Shown piece after piece: positions 49,801-61,899 of a DNA stretch of 64,000 nucleotides. Made by a program: the position numbers and the translations under genes. Below the pieces are notes generated by a model, which made no database searches, was not told the DNA's origin, and saw only the letters and a list, made by a program, of their open reading frames with translations. Each line of letters opens with the position of its first letter. Position 1 is the first letter of the stretch. Source of the stretch: Phoronis australis (lineage: Eukaryota; Animalia; Phoronida); assembly GCA_002633005.1 (NCBI GenBank), contig NMRA01000191.1:62001-126000 (forward strand), written 5' to 3'.

Positions 49801-52800
49801 AGGTATTTAAAATTGTTTGAAAAAATATTAGGGAGCAAACGAAGTCTACAAATGCATTGAAAATTTAAGAAATATTATCGAGTCTATTATTTGGGAGTGT
49901 TCCATGCACAGATCCCTCGTTGTGTTCAACTGAGTGTCTGAGTAAATCCTTGTTACTTGGCGAAATTTATTTCGCCAAGTATGTTGCTCTGTCACTTAAG
50001 TTTTTTTTTTTTTTTTTTTTNTTCGTCATAATCGGATCCAAGATGGCGGATATGGCGGCCATTTTGTTTCCATTTTAAGATTCAAATACTCCCGGAGGCT
50101 ATAATGTTGTACGTACGGGGCTGAGAATCAGTGCAATTATTGAAAAGGGCGCGTGCTACATTTGTACCGGAAATTGTTAACTTCTGGTTAAAGATGGCGG
50201 AAATATGGGCAATCGCGCATGCGCACCTTGATTTTGGGAAAAAAACGATTTCTCCTGTAGAGGGCGCATTATAGGCGCAATTCCTCCAAATTTTTGCAGG
50301 TGTTTCTTGTGACATTCTATTATTCAGATCTAAAAAACCGGAAGTTGTTTCCAAGAAAGTGGGTTTGGCCCATGTTGACCTATTTTCAGTATTGCTGGAG
50401 TGCCATTTTAAACGGGAAGAGAGAATGACGTGAATTTTGCATGTGGATTCTTTGAAGTATAGCCTTTCAAATGACATGTAACAATTTTTTTCTCAGACTT
50501 ACTGTTTTTGAGTTATTTGTCTTTGAATTTCTTAAAACAACGCAGTTTCATTTTTTTCGAAAAATTTACGGAATTGTGTGATACTATCAATTTAGATAGA
50601 GTTTTGAACGAGCTTTCAGAAGATATTTTTCATTTTCCGCTACGACGTCTACTTTTTGAATTATTTGAGATTTTCTGATAGCGCTGTTCCTTTGTTGAGC
50701 GCTCTTTCTGCATTGATGTTGGTTAAGCTTCAATTGAACAAGACTGTAGCCTATTTCTTACTGATTTATGACATCTAAGTTCGTCATATGAATGTCATGA
50801 TGTTTGTTCATCATCGCCCCAACCATCATCACATTCGTCATCATCTCCGTCGTTGTCTTTTCTTTTTGTATTTTGTGTTCACATTTAAGTGTATTTCGAA
50901 ATACTTTAAGGGACTCTCTTCTCCTACTCCGTGTCGGAAATCAAATGATTTAGAATTCGGGCTGTTCACCCACACAAAACTTGTTTCAAACCTTTCCCTG
51001 TTGCAATATAAAATTAGTTTTATCCAAACCAACCATTCAGCGTATTGGTTATTCATTCTCAGTGCTTGGGACTGGTTTTGTTGAACTTTTCAAATTTGTG
51101 TATCAAACCGGTGTTTGATGCAGAATTCCCTACCAAATGAAAGTTTGATACAGTAAGGAAATTAACTATAAAAGGGTGCCTCTTCTGACAAAATTCTCTA
51201 CAAAAGGGTCCAGTTTGGGAGTTCACAAAAACATGCAAAAGGCTTTATTTTCCTTCTACACAGATCTGTTATCTACATTTTAAAAACTTGTGTCGCGAAA
51301 GGTGTACTAGATGTTTTTGACAACATGGCATCTCTTCTTGTACTGTTTCAGGCTTAGTGGGTTAAAAATTTAGCTGTTCAAGAATTCTTCCAAAAGGCTT
51401 AGATTTATGGAATTATTCTCTACATAAGGGTGGTGTTTCTGCTACAGAACCCTATAAAGAGGTGACTGTGTCGTGCAAGCTTTGGCTGCCCACAAGTGGG
51501 TCTCTTTTTCTTGTCCAGTCTGTAACTGGTTAAGTATTTGTTAAGTGAGCTGATGACACGTAATGTCAGCAAACTTTTCAAAGGTACAAAGTTTGATTTC
51601 TGTGCAAACTAGCCCTTCTATTTAGAGTAATGCATGGTATTTCCTATTTAGGTCCAGCTTTACACAGACAAATGTCTTTAGCTCTACTTTTGTGCCTTTG
51701 CCACAAAAAACAGCTGTTCTATTTCATCCATTTCACAAATCACCATGAAATGTGCAATTGCTGCTGCTGTTCATTATGCGTTGTCCTGTTTCAGAAATAC
51801 CTCACAACCCCATGGTGAATGCAGGGGCTGTTCTTCTCTGTTCACTTCTGAAGTCTGGCGAAAGTTTGGCTGACCGATTTTCTTGGGTATGTTTATGAAA
51901 ATGTTTTCTGATCTTTTTGTAATGTATTGTGCACGTGTCGTTAACAAAACTGCTAGTGTGAGGTAGAGCAGACAGAAATACTAACTTAAGGTTAATAAAT
52001 GAAAGGATTTTGTCTGAAAGAGAAGGGTTAGGACATTTAGATGTTTCTATGGGGTAGGTCCTCGTTGATGGTAGGGGTTCGTATCCTGTCGCGTTGGGAG
52101 GGGAACAATGTCTCTAGGTCATCTGGGAAGACGTCTTTTGCACTGATAACCGGTGCTGTGATGTGTTTGTTAAATCTTTTTTATATGATCCCTTAAGTGT
52201 CCAACTTAGATACATCTCTAAGATTGAAGCTACGTTTCCATTTTCTTTTCTATGCAAAGGTGTCTCATGAGTTACTTAGATCTGCGGGAAAAGAATTCAT
52301 CGGTTTCAGTAACGCTACGTAAGTACTTGACTTGCGCACTGTTGTGGTAGGAGTAACCATTCTTTACTCAGATGAAAAGTGATTTCAGGGCTTGCAAATA
52401 ACAGAGTTTGTTGTTACTTGGGTCTATGGCCAGTACATAAAATGACACGCTGTGACTAGCAAACTTGTTAAGCTGAGTCTCTAGCAATAAGGAAGTGTCA
52501 ATTCTTTTTAATGCCTGAAATCACCTCCAGTTTTACTAAGGAATAATTTGAGAGACCAATTTCGTAACAGTAAGTGGTCAAAAAGTGCCAATGTGTAGCA
52601 TGTACCTAGATTTTAGGAACAATTAGATTCACAGATTTTAGTAAGTTTTTCAAGCCGGGTAACTGATGTATGAAGTTCTCAAAAAAGGACAAAAACGTGC
52701 TTTATTTGTTTTAAAATTGACCACCTACTACTGTAAAATGGTCTCAACTTATTCCTGAGATGTGATTTCTGGACTTGCACAGTTCATTTTTCGTTGAGAT

Positions 52801-55800
52801 CATGCATGGTACATGAAAGTACACATCATGACAAGCCAGCTCATCGAGCTTGGTCTCAAGCAATAACAAACTGAAATCACCTCCAATTTGACTATTCAAC
52901 AATTTGAGACTAGATATTTCATAGCAATCAGTGGTCGAAATAAAAAAATTGATTTTTGTGTTGGAAGGCAAGTTTATCGCCGCTTTAAATTCAAAACTCC
53001 TTTTTGAATACTATTAGTAAGGACTTTTAGTATTCGGATACTAGTAAGGACTTTTAGTATTTGCAAACTAGTAAGCTCTTCTAGTATATGTATACTAGTG
53101 AGGACTTTTAGTATTCAGATACTAGTAAGGACTTTTAGTATTTGGATACTAGTAAGGAATTAGTATTTGGATACTAGTAAGGACTTTTAGTATTCTGATA
53201 CTAGTAAGGACTTGTAGTATTTGTACACTAGTAAAAACTTTTAGTATTTAGATACTAGTAAGGACTTTTAGTATTCAGATACTGGTAAGGACTTTTAGTA
53301 TTTGGATACTAGTAAGGAATTAGTATTCAGACACTAGTAAGGACTTTTAGTATTCTGATACTAGTAAGGACTTTTAATATTTGGATACTAGTAAGGAATT
53401 AGTATTCGGATACTAGTAAGGACTTTTAGTATTCTGGTACTAGTAAGTACTTGTAGTATTCGTATACTAGTAAGGACTTTTAGTATTCGTATACTAGTAA
53501 GGACTTTTAGTATTCGGATACTAGTAAGGACTTATAGTATTCGTACACTAGTAAGGACTTTTATTATTTGGATAATTATTAATAAAGACTTTTAGTATTC
53601 GGATTCTAGTATGGACTTTTAGTATTTTGAAATATGATTTTGTAACAATGCCATAATTTCAGGTTTCTATCTGAAAGAGAAACTGCTGACAGAAACTTTG
53701 CTCTTGGCTATTATATGAAAGAAAATGATGTGAGTGAATGGGGTTGGATTTGATAATTTATTTTTAGCCTTACTAACTGTTTTGCCATTCTGCCAGTAAG
53801 AACTGCTCCGTGTCTGGTTTAAAACATGAACCTCCTGACTTGTGAACCATCAATACGGGTGACTTTTGAACTATGCTTGGTACAGTTAAATTTGCTAGGA
53901 GGTGACTGTGATTGAGTTTTTATGAACCTCTGTAAAATGGTCAGCTTATACCTACATTTTAGAAACGATTGAGCTTTCCAGTATTTAGCTAGATTTTCGA
54001 GAGAAACTAAATTACATATTTCTCAATACAAGAACAAAAAATGTGCTTTGTAATTCTTTTCAAAGTTTTCATTGTTGTGAATAAATTACTAAGACACAAC
54101 CTCTATATTAAAAATGTAATCATTCTATTTACAGTGTTTTCCTTCAGGCACAGATCTGATACAGACGCTAGATTTCTACTTCCAGGTAAATCTTGCCACA
54201 GTCCTGAGCATTATGCTTGCTCGCAATGCTTGCGAGCCGTCCATTTTTTAACCCAAACTAGGCAACAGTCACATAAAATTCTGGTTTTAATTCTCAAGTG
54301 TAAAGGCATAGACCAGTGTTCAGCAAAGCTGTCTTAACTGTAAAAGCCTTAAATTGGATCTGCTTATTTATAAGTTAAATAAAGTTCAATGCTATGGTTG
54401 TTTTAGTTTCTGCACTTAAGATGTTTTAAGAATTTGCCTAACTCATTTGTCTACTTTATTGTATAGGACTGATGAAAATTGTACTTTACAGGTACCAACT
54501 GTTGTGAAAATTGTATTTCTATTAGCAGACAAAATGCTACATAGATCTTGTTTGGTCATTCGTGCTATTAGATATCTTTTTCAAAATCGAAAAGTTTTCA
54601 AAATCCATCCTGCCTTTCCTTTTCATCCATTGCTTGTGAACTTACAGATGTGCTCCATAGAGGTCACTTGCGAATCTGCTGCTGTCATGGCGTCGACTTT
54701 GGCTAATGGTGGAATTTGCCCAATCACAGACGAGTCAGTGTTTGGTGCCACATCTGTTCGCAACACACTTTCCCTCATGCACTCCTGTGGCATGTACGAC
54801 TATTCAGGCCAGTTTGCATTCAGTGTGAGTACCAACATAGAGAACTTGCGACTGATAACAACATAAGCTCAGACATTTATTCTTTCAGCCATAGTAACAA
54901 TGAATAGAAATGAATCTATTCTTCCAGACAACTGTTCCTGTATTTAATATAAGAAACTTAACTGGATGTTTTAAAGAATTTCAAAATTGACATTTATGTC
55001 CCAAACAACTAGCATGTTTTCCGCATGACTAATGATTTCGAAGAATCTAACTCTAAATTTCTTAGTATTAGTGAAAACTAAGGTTTGTAATTAGTTACTC
55101 GTCTTCTCTTCTTTCCTAGGTCGGGCTACCCTCCAAGTCAGGGGTCTCCGGTGCTATCCTTGTTGTGATTCCCAACGTGATGGGCATCTGTCTTTGGTCG
55201 CCACCTCTTGATACCTATGGTAACTCATGCCGAGGACTACAGTTCTGTGATGTAAATAACAATACTAACATAACATTAACATGGCTGTCTTTAAAGCCTA
55301 TCTCGAAGGGATTGTTATTATTCTAAATGTGTTTGACTTTCCGGATAGTCCGAGCAATGCTTTAGCAATGCACAACAAAACACAATTTAAACACTTGGGC
55401 AAGTCAGTTGGTACATGAGGTAGCCTTTTCATGCTATATTGTGTCATTATGGTAAAAAGCAAAAAAAAGATTGACCAATGAACACAGTAGTTTTGAACAT
55501 TCGCTGGTGCCCTCGGTAGAAGTGCGTATCTGTCTCGGGTACTGGAATACATTAAATGGAACACCGATGTAAGCGGATGTTGCTCACCTATGTAAAAGTC
55601 TAGTAATACGCCTGATTGATAAGTACATTTATTTTGTCAAATTGTGACTCCACTGTGGTCTGAGTGGTGTTTTAACGTATTGTAGGAACTATATGTTGCC
55701 CTTCAAGGTAAGGTTTTGAACCATTGCCTTTCCACCGTACCTATCCTCATTCCTCTAAGATGGATAGGTTCATAGACATCTTAATACAAAGTCAGTCACC

Positions 55801-58800
55801 TACTTTGCTCTTTTTTTTGTTGCGGTACACTAATTTTTGCAGGAATAGTACAATTTTTATGTGCCCACTTATTTATATGTGGCTGCATAATGCCGTCATC
55901 TCTGTCTGGGCATCAGGCATCTGCTACTGCATTTTGTAAATGCCTTACAGGATCTTATGAACTTTTGCATGTGTTTCCCCATAAACGTGACAATGGCTGC
56001 CCATGACTTTTTTGATGGCTCTAACTACTGCAGTGTCCCCTAGTGACAATTTTATTTTGTATGCTTGGCTCTATATCTTTGGAATTCCCTGGTGGATTTT
56101 GAGAAATAGTTTTGTATTAGACTATGACCCCTTTCCAATTTTGGATGGATTTGAGGTATTCTGTGCCATCTATTGGCCATTTTTATGATACTGGAAACAC
56201 TCCAGATAGCACACTATATGCGATGCAGTTGTGGGTACATTTCGCATTGCTCTTATAACAATTACAATAGTCTTTTGTTAAAATGTTTCAAGTTCAATGC
56301 ATATTTTATGGTACGTCATGCGGGCATTTTAATTTACACCTAATTCAACATAACACAATTATTAAGCTTTGCTTTGCTTTGCGGACCACAAAAATGATAA
56401 ATACGAATGCAAGGAATAATTTCAAACAGTATTGGATGTTTCACTGCTTGATAATGCTGCAGTTATGGCGCAAGAGCTTGTATGCTTCAGATTGGTTTCC
56501 TGTTCTGTAAGTTTATGAATCTCATTTTTCATGGATCATGACATCTTACTTCTTTCTTTAAAGAAAACACTAATCTTTGAGAATGCTTCTAAGAGAATTC
56601 AGGGTGGTAAGGAGTATTTACTAAATAGACTGAGTGTACTTTTAACAAAAAATGTGATTTTGGATGTAACAATTTATAAATCTATGGGCGGATTTAGGAT
56701 GCCGCGTGTAGAGTCCATCCACGATTTTTTATCTGAAAAAATGTTCACTTAACCTCTAAAACCGCACAATCATGTCTCAACCGGGGGACCCAGATCTCCT
56801 GGGACTGCCCCTTAAATATGCCTGTTAAATTTTGTGGAAAAAGACTTAATTCACCTGGATAAATGGTCATCTACATTTTGATTCTCGTTCACTAAATGCT
56901 AGTAGTGTGCGAGACTGGCAGAAAAAAAATCTTGGTATATACAATGGCAATAGTAAGTATTCAGTGTCTTAACATACCATTTTTTCCTAATTGACATAGC
57001 TGCAGTGTCCAATCTCCTTCAGTGGCGGCGATTCTGCTTGTGTGTGCTAATCAAGTTGCAAGCTTACTTGCAAAGCACTAGCTTGATCTAGCGTTACACT
57101 ATCATGATCACTGTGTCATTGTTTGACCCAGGAGCTGGTGAACAAGTTCAACTTTCATAATTACGACAACCTGAAGAACACAGAACGTAAGAAAGACCCC
57201 AGGAATGTCGACATGACTGACCAAGCTTATGATGTTGTGCAGCTGTTGTTTGGAGCTTACCATGGTGATATCAGTACCATACGGAGGTAGGTGATAGGGG
57301 ATATAGGGGACATCCTTACATGGTATCAGTTTTATACCACGGTAGGTGATAAACCAAACATCCTTATGGTGATGTCAGCACCATATGACTAGATAATAAG
57401 GGATATAGCAATCTTAGCACAGTGATGTCAGTGCCATACAATGGTAGGTGGTAGCAGATATAGAAGATGATATCACAGTGATATCAGTACCATATGACGG
57501 TAGGTGATATAAGCAAACATCCTTACCATGGGGTTATCAGTAACACACCTTGGTAGGTGATAAAGTAGACATGCTTACCATGGTGATATCAGCACCATAG
57601 GGTGGTAGGTGATATAGTGAACATCTTACTACGGTGATATCAGTACCATATGACGGTAGGTGATAATGTATACACTCAGTCAAATCAAGTTACACCGAAC
57701 CCTCTGTGACTTGCCAAATCGACTTCTGAACTATACATTTGGGTTGGAACACTATGAGCAAGCAAACCTTTCAAGGCGGGAATGTTGTAATGCAGTTTGT
57801 ATAACTGACATCAGTACCACAGTAGCATCAGAATCATGTGATAAGGGACAGTAGACATCCTACAATTACATACAACTGTTCAGTGCAGTAAAAGCACAAA
57901 GAACCTCTGCTTCATCTGGTCTTAATGTTGTTGGACTGGTTTATCAAATAAAGTGAATGTAATTGACTGTTCTCTTCTGTGTATCACATGGTAACACTAC
58001 AGGATCTCTGTTCCTCATGTTGTCATGCAGTGATTAGGAGAGAAGCTTATTGTTCGCCAAAACTGTCTGAAATTGCAAAATCATGTGCACTTGTCTGGTA
58101 CTGTCAGAATTTAATTAACTATAATTGTTGCATCCTCTGAAAGTGCAGCTATTTTTTGTAATGATTGCAAAAACTGGTTAATACCTTTGTCATTACATAG
58201 AAATTATTAGTCGTGCTTTTTGTTAGTTTTGTGAACTCCTTAGGCATTGAATGTTCTTGACCAGATTTGAAATCTGCCCTTCAACTATCCTTCAGGTACA
58301 TGTTGAAAGGTATGGACATGGATTGCGTGGACTATGACCAGAGGACAGCGCTTCATGTGGCAGCCAGCGAGGGACACTACGATATTGTACACTACTTACT
58401 GGAGAGGTGTAAGGTCAAGCCCAACCCCAGGGACAGGTGGGTGGAGTGGATGTAGGTGGGGATCCAGGGTGATGACTAGATGGGTGTCTGACAGTGGACG
58501 GACATGGGTTTGAACCTCTTGTATTTGCACCTTAGACTAGTTTAACTAGTCCCGTACAATGCGCCCAAAAAATTAAGAGCCAAAGTGAGCTGTAGAGCAC
58601 AGACGAAATTCCCCACCATATGAATCCTGTGCAAGCGGCCGGAGTAAACAAATTGGCGAGTCATGACGACCCCTTTTTTGTCAAGACGAAATTTAATTGT
58701 CTAGTTATTTTCTGCCTACTGTATATATTTGAGGCATGAGAGGAAGATCGCCTTCATGTAAACATTTTTGCCATGGTTAATTCTTCTAAATCTGCATTTC

Positions 58801-59325
58801 GGGATTTCAAATTGAACATGTGTTGCTATAAGAATTAAATACCTCCGTACACTACCAGGTAGCAGCACATTAGTGTCACAAGCACTTATAAATGTATTTA
58901 GACTCATTGGTTGGGTGATGGGGTAAAACATCTAGAAATTCAGACATACATTGTTACATAATTAAATATCTATTTTTAAATTTAGCTATGCCTGTTTTGT
59001 GTGCATATAGTACTGTCTTACAGTTTGCACAATCATGAAAGTTTTCTAGTAACGTGTACAGAGCTTGCCTATAAGAATACCAATTTGTAATTCAAGAATT
59101 AATCCAAGTCTTTGACGTGTCATTCTATTCATCCTTAATACAATGATGCTGTTATTTAACTAAGGTACATGTTAATTAGGACTACCCATACATGTCTGTC
59201 CTTCAATTTGTAGGTGGGGATCCACTCCACTGGATGAAGCCAAAAAGTTCAACAAAACTGACATAGTACAACTACTTGAGAGTTATGAAGAGAAAATTGC
59301 AGCTAAGACAAGCGAGCTTTCTTGA
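28666..59325 (+). CDS. GLS: Glutaminase, mitochondrial, with C-terminal ankyrin repeats; spliced CDS join(28666..28835,34447..34537,35150..35289,46396..46525,47767..47846,49324..49487,51795..51886,52260..52318,53663..53729,54135..54185,54648..54824,55120..55251,57132..57286,58296..58436,59214..59325), 586 aa
   Basis: [17 protein letters not shown], catalytic [61 protein letters not shown], ankyrin [27 protein letters not shown]. All GT-AG with matching phases; 1761 nt including TGA. Confidence 0.95.
29069..29315. mobile_element. MITE family B, 5-bp TSD
   Basis: Colinear with 22032..22237, flanked by GACAA/GACAA. Confidence 0.72.
29582..29747. mobile_element. MITE family A, 5-bp TSD
   Basis: CAGTGGCAGATCC..CCACCACTG flanked by CTATG/CTATG. 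Confidence 0.8.
30132..30274. repeat. Long imperfect inverted repeat (~54-bp arms), probably the core of a Harbinger-like MITE at about 29893-30437
   Basis: GGTAAAAGTGGAGTAAAC..CCCTCTTGAAAATGGCTAC vs GTAGCCATTTTGAAGAGGG..GTTTATTCCACTTTTACC. Confidence 0.7.
31692..31915. repeat. Minisatellite, 8 x 28 bp
   Basis: Unit GGACCTGTCTATGGTACACCTTGCTTCT, nearly perfect, no spacers. Confidence 0.95.
33778..33815. repeat. Imperfect (CA)n microsatellite
   Basis: Direct inspection. Confidence 0.9.
34447..34537 (+). CDS. GLS: Glutaminase exon 2
   Basis: tgtag|[30 protein letters not shown]|gtaagt. Confidence 0.85.
35150..35289 (+). CDS. GLS: Glutaminase exon 3
   Basis: [28 protein letters not shown]|gtgagt. 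Confidence 0.9.
35712..37554. repeat. Three ~51-55-bp tandem units split by the Kolobok-like insertion
   Basis: AGTAACTAACTACACA..CATGCATGTTTTTAGGGGGGTTTAA at 35712, 37449 and 37500. Confidence 0.8.
35764..37444 (+). mobile_element. Non-autonomous Kolobok-like DNA transposon with decayed THAP domain, copy 1
   Basis: TIR AGGAGAATGCCACCC / GGGTGGCATGCTCCT, TTAA on both sides. From 35937: [29 protein letters not shown]. Confidence 0.8.
39203..40376. mobile_element. Non-autonomous TIR element of unknown superfamily
   Basis: Ends AATAGCTCACTTGCGAGTTT / AAACTCGCAAAAGGTCTATT; subterminal ACTGTGACGTCAC(C/G)GGAA..GGGGCAAAA inverted at both ends; internal 39775-40166 is homologous (inverted) to 3863-4200. 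Confidence 0.6.
43493..43887 (+). mobile_element. Transposon fragment with decayed HIRAN-like coding sequence and a Tc1/mariner-type end
   Basis: [14 protein letters not shown](frameshift)[44 protein letters not shown]; ends ..ATATTAGGGCGAATACGGTA. Confidence 0.55.
44170..45866 (-). mobile_element. Kolobok-like THAP element, copy 2 (inverted, nested in a HINE-like repeat)
   Basis: Perfect 15-bp TIR AGGAGAATGCCACCC, TTAA flanks, colinear reverse complement of 35764..37444. Minus-strand [20 protein letters not shown](frameshift)CGRHF. Confidence 0.82.
46396..46525 (+). CDS. GLS: Glutaminase exon 4
   Basis: [43 protein letters not shown]|gtgggt. Confidence 0.92.
47767..47846 (+). CDS. GLS: Glutaminase exon 5
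   Basis: [26 protein letters not shown]|gtaagt. Confidence 0.93.
49324..49487 (+). CDS. GLS: Glutaminase exon 6 (catalytic SxxK and activation loop)
   Basis: [54 protein letters not shown]|gtgagt. Confidence 0.93.
49954..50680. mobile_element. Probable HINE-like or other DNA-element remnant spanning the N at 50021
   Basis: Perfect 13-bp hairpin TACTTGGCGAAAT-TT-ATTTCGCCAAGTA, poly-T, repeated AAGATGGCGG; 3' end uncertain. Confidence 0.4.
51795..51886 (+). CDS. GLS: Glutaminase exon 7
   Basis: [30 protein letters not shown]|gtatgt. Confidence 0.92.
52260..52318 (+). CDS. GLS: Glutaminase exon 8
   Basis: AAG acceptor; [19 protein letters not shown]|gtaagt. Confidence 0.88.
53015..53628. repeat. 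Minisatellite, about 23 units of 27 bp with 24-bp variants
   Basis: Unit TAGTAAGGACTTTTAGTATTCGGATAC. Confidence 0.93.
53663..53729 (+). CDS. GLS: Glutaminase exon 9
   Basis: [22 protein letters not shown]|gtgagt. Confidence 0.92.
54135..54185 (+). CDS. GLS: Glutaminase exon 10
   Basis: [17 protein letters not shown]|gtaaat. Confidence 0.92.
54648..54824 (+). CDS. GLS: Glutaminase exon 11
   Basis: [39 protein letters not shown]|gtgagt. Confidence 0.94.
55120..55251 (+). CDS. GLS: Glutaminase exon 12
   Basis: [44 protein letters not shown]|gtaaat. Confidence 0.94.
55854..56254 (+). mobile_element. Older, short HINE-like copy with both ends
   Basis: 5' TTTTTATGTGCCCACTTATTTATATGTGG matches 17089; 3' inverted subterminal GTGGGTACAT within an ATGCGA/TCGCAT stem. 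Confidence 0.6.
57132..57286 (+). CDS. GLS: Glutaminase exon 13
   Basis: [38 protein letters not shown]|gtaggt. Confidence 0.92.
57256..57665 (+). repeat. Degenerate ~52-56-bp minisatellite derived from the glutaminase exon 13 end plus its donor
   Basis: About 8 units like CTTACCATGGTGATATCAGTACCATA..GGTAGGTGATA; the first unit is coding. Confidence 0.85.
58296..58436 (+). CDS. GLS: Glutaminase exon 14 (ankyrin repeats)
   Basis: [46 protein letters not shown]|gtgggt. Confidence 0.93.
59214..59325 (+). CDS. GLS: Glutaminase last coding exon
   Basis: [36 protein letters not shown]. Confidence 0.9.
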
Positions 59326-61899
59326 CCTCGAAACAAAACCTGTCCAGTTGAAATCAAATTATTTCCTTATTTAAATGGGCATTAAATTCTATTATATTTA
59401 TGAAGAGATTGTGAACCTTAACCGTGATGTGTTCAGTAAGTTTAGGCTAGTTTCTTGCAAGTTTGACTAGATCTTGCTAGTCTTCGCCAGTCTAATCTTT
59501 TCACTTTCTATGTGTTCATCCTTGTTTGTCAGCCTTCAAAAGTTATTGCATGGTCGTCTTTGAAAAACGGAATTGTTGTGCAGTGTGTTTACACTTAACC
59601 AGAGTGTTGAAGGTTTATTGTGTGGTTTTCATTGAAGGATGTACAGCATAATTATTTAAACTGGTTTTAAACCCACCTTCTATGATCAAAAACACTTAAT
59701 TTTGATTCAGACCACTTACCACTCAACTTACTCGGCCAGGGCTTGGAACGACCCATGATAAAAATGACGTATTTTTCTACAAATAAATAGGGTCATGTGA
59801 TAGAAATATTTTGTGTTGTGAAGTTTAACCGCAAGAAACATTTTTGCTTAAGTAAAGTCAAAATAATGATAAAAAGAGACTTAAAGTAAAAGGAAACTGG
59901 AAATCAAATAAGAGGAAATCGAAACCAAAACACAGGAAATCCTCATTGTTAAAAGAGGAAAATTCCACACCCAGATCGTTACTCAGGTTAAATGCGATTT
60001 CTTAGAAAAAATGTCCATTTTATTATTGCTTCAGACCTCAGTTTCCAGTAGCAATGTGCTATCAGGTCTTTACAGGACCAGGAATCTCTTCTCGTTTGAG
60101 CAAAGGCGCCGTCAAACTATAGCGAATGCAAGAATCGAAAGTAAATGACTTGCAAAATCTTTTATACATTCAATATTCCTGGAGAATGGCTCAACGAGAG
60201 AATATATGGAGGGAATTCATACCGAATAGCAATAAATTCGAAGCATCAGTTAGACAAAATCAGCGTATTCAAGTGAATGTCAAAAATTTCTCATACTCAC
60301 GTGTTTGCCGAGTTGTATTGTGATGAAGCCTTGGAGAACAAATTTTGACCAGTATTGTAACAATAAGTGGTTTAAGTCAATAGTGTTTTAGACAAGGAGG
60401 GTTCTTACCAGCTTTGATTTCTTAACTGTTGTTTTTTGACCTCATGTTAGATCTACATTCTCTGTAGTTTAAAGTGTTCTGTACACATTTTACATTTATC
60501 CTGCTGTTTTACAGTGTTAAAGAACTTTACTGTATAAAAATTTTGTGTTACTGTCTGTCATCATAGAAACCTTACACAGTAATTGCCACTTTGATGAGTG
60601 TACAAAACACTCTTTTTCCTCACCTGAAAGGAATACAAAATGTTATTTTTACTGGCCAGCATTAATTAAACACTGTGACTGTATTAAGTGTCACCGTTGT
60701 TGTTCATCAGTTCACTGCATTAAATAGAGTGATTATTATCGAAAAATTCTCCGTGTAGTTTTGTTGTAAAAAAAGCAACAGATTGAGCATTGGAATTTTT
60801 TTTTTCGCTTCATAATTTTTCGGACATCAAAAGTGAATGCTTGGAGTATGCCTCATTCCCTCATCTCTCAAAGCACTGATTTCATACACTTATGAATGGT
60901 GAGTCGTATGTGTCAATGGAGGTATGGAGATATGTGAACCTTGTGTAAAAAATCGTATTTTATTCCCTAGTGGTTTGGGCTACTATTGCCATTACATTTC
61001 TGAGATTAGCACTTGCTGTGTATATCTTCTTTTATTTGACTAGTTTTACATCTTTTTCAGTATATTCCGTTCCTTAGTGTATTGTTTTGTTCTGGGTTTA
61101 CTGTTACAGTATTTAATGGTTATTACCTTGAGGAACCATCAAATCTCATTATCAAACTATGCTGTTGGATTACGAAGCAGTTTTGAGTTGTTTCAATACA
61201 ACGTTTAATAGAAGAAGTGGGGAAGTACGGCAAGTTAGAACTGTTAGTTTAGCAGGATTTTACTATGAGGTAGGCATTTCATGAGGAACCTAGTACAGGC
61301 AAAAATTGACTGTGGGAGTGATTGTATAACACTTCCAGTTTACTAAATGCAACTGTCCTGCTGCTTGGTCACATTGTGTAATCCTTTATGGCACCTCATT
61401 GTCATAAGACTATGTGCCTGTTGACAGCAGAGCCAGGTGGCTCTCTATTGTGTTAGCAGGGAAGGAGGTAATTAAAACTTGTCCTTCAGTTGTCAATTGG
61501 TTTTTTGTTTGAATTTACAATTGTCTGTCACTTTAATTCGTTAAGCGGATCTTTGAAAGTTTGCTCTGTTGCTCTTCAAATTTTTCCATAATACTGTCAG
61601 CTTATAAAATAATTGCATATCATTGTATCTAAAACATAATCAAACCTTCTATTGACTAAAAATCCAATTTCTGCCAAATTGAGGCAACATGACTAGAACT
61701 GATGTTGGCACTCAGTGATGGTCAATGATTTGAAAACATGATTTTGAGAATTGACAATGTATATTTTAGAAAAGATCTGAATCATGCTCACAAAAGAATG
61801 TAATTAGTTTATGCACTAAGCACATGTAATTGTATTACACTGTATGCTACCTCATTTTCTGCTAAACTAGATTGCTGTTGGAAATGTTTGCACAACTAT

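Noticed and set aside
57132-57286. GAC/KGA-type alternative C-terminus as in mammals
   Set aside because: There is no intron at the equivalent position after DPR, and no alternative last exon is visible
59323-59385. Stop-codon readthrough of glutaminase (TGA-C)
   Set aside because: Context is TGACCTC, not TGACTAG, and the extension has no recognisable targeting signal
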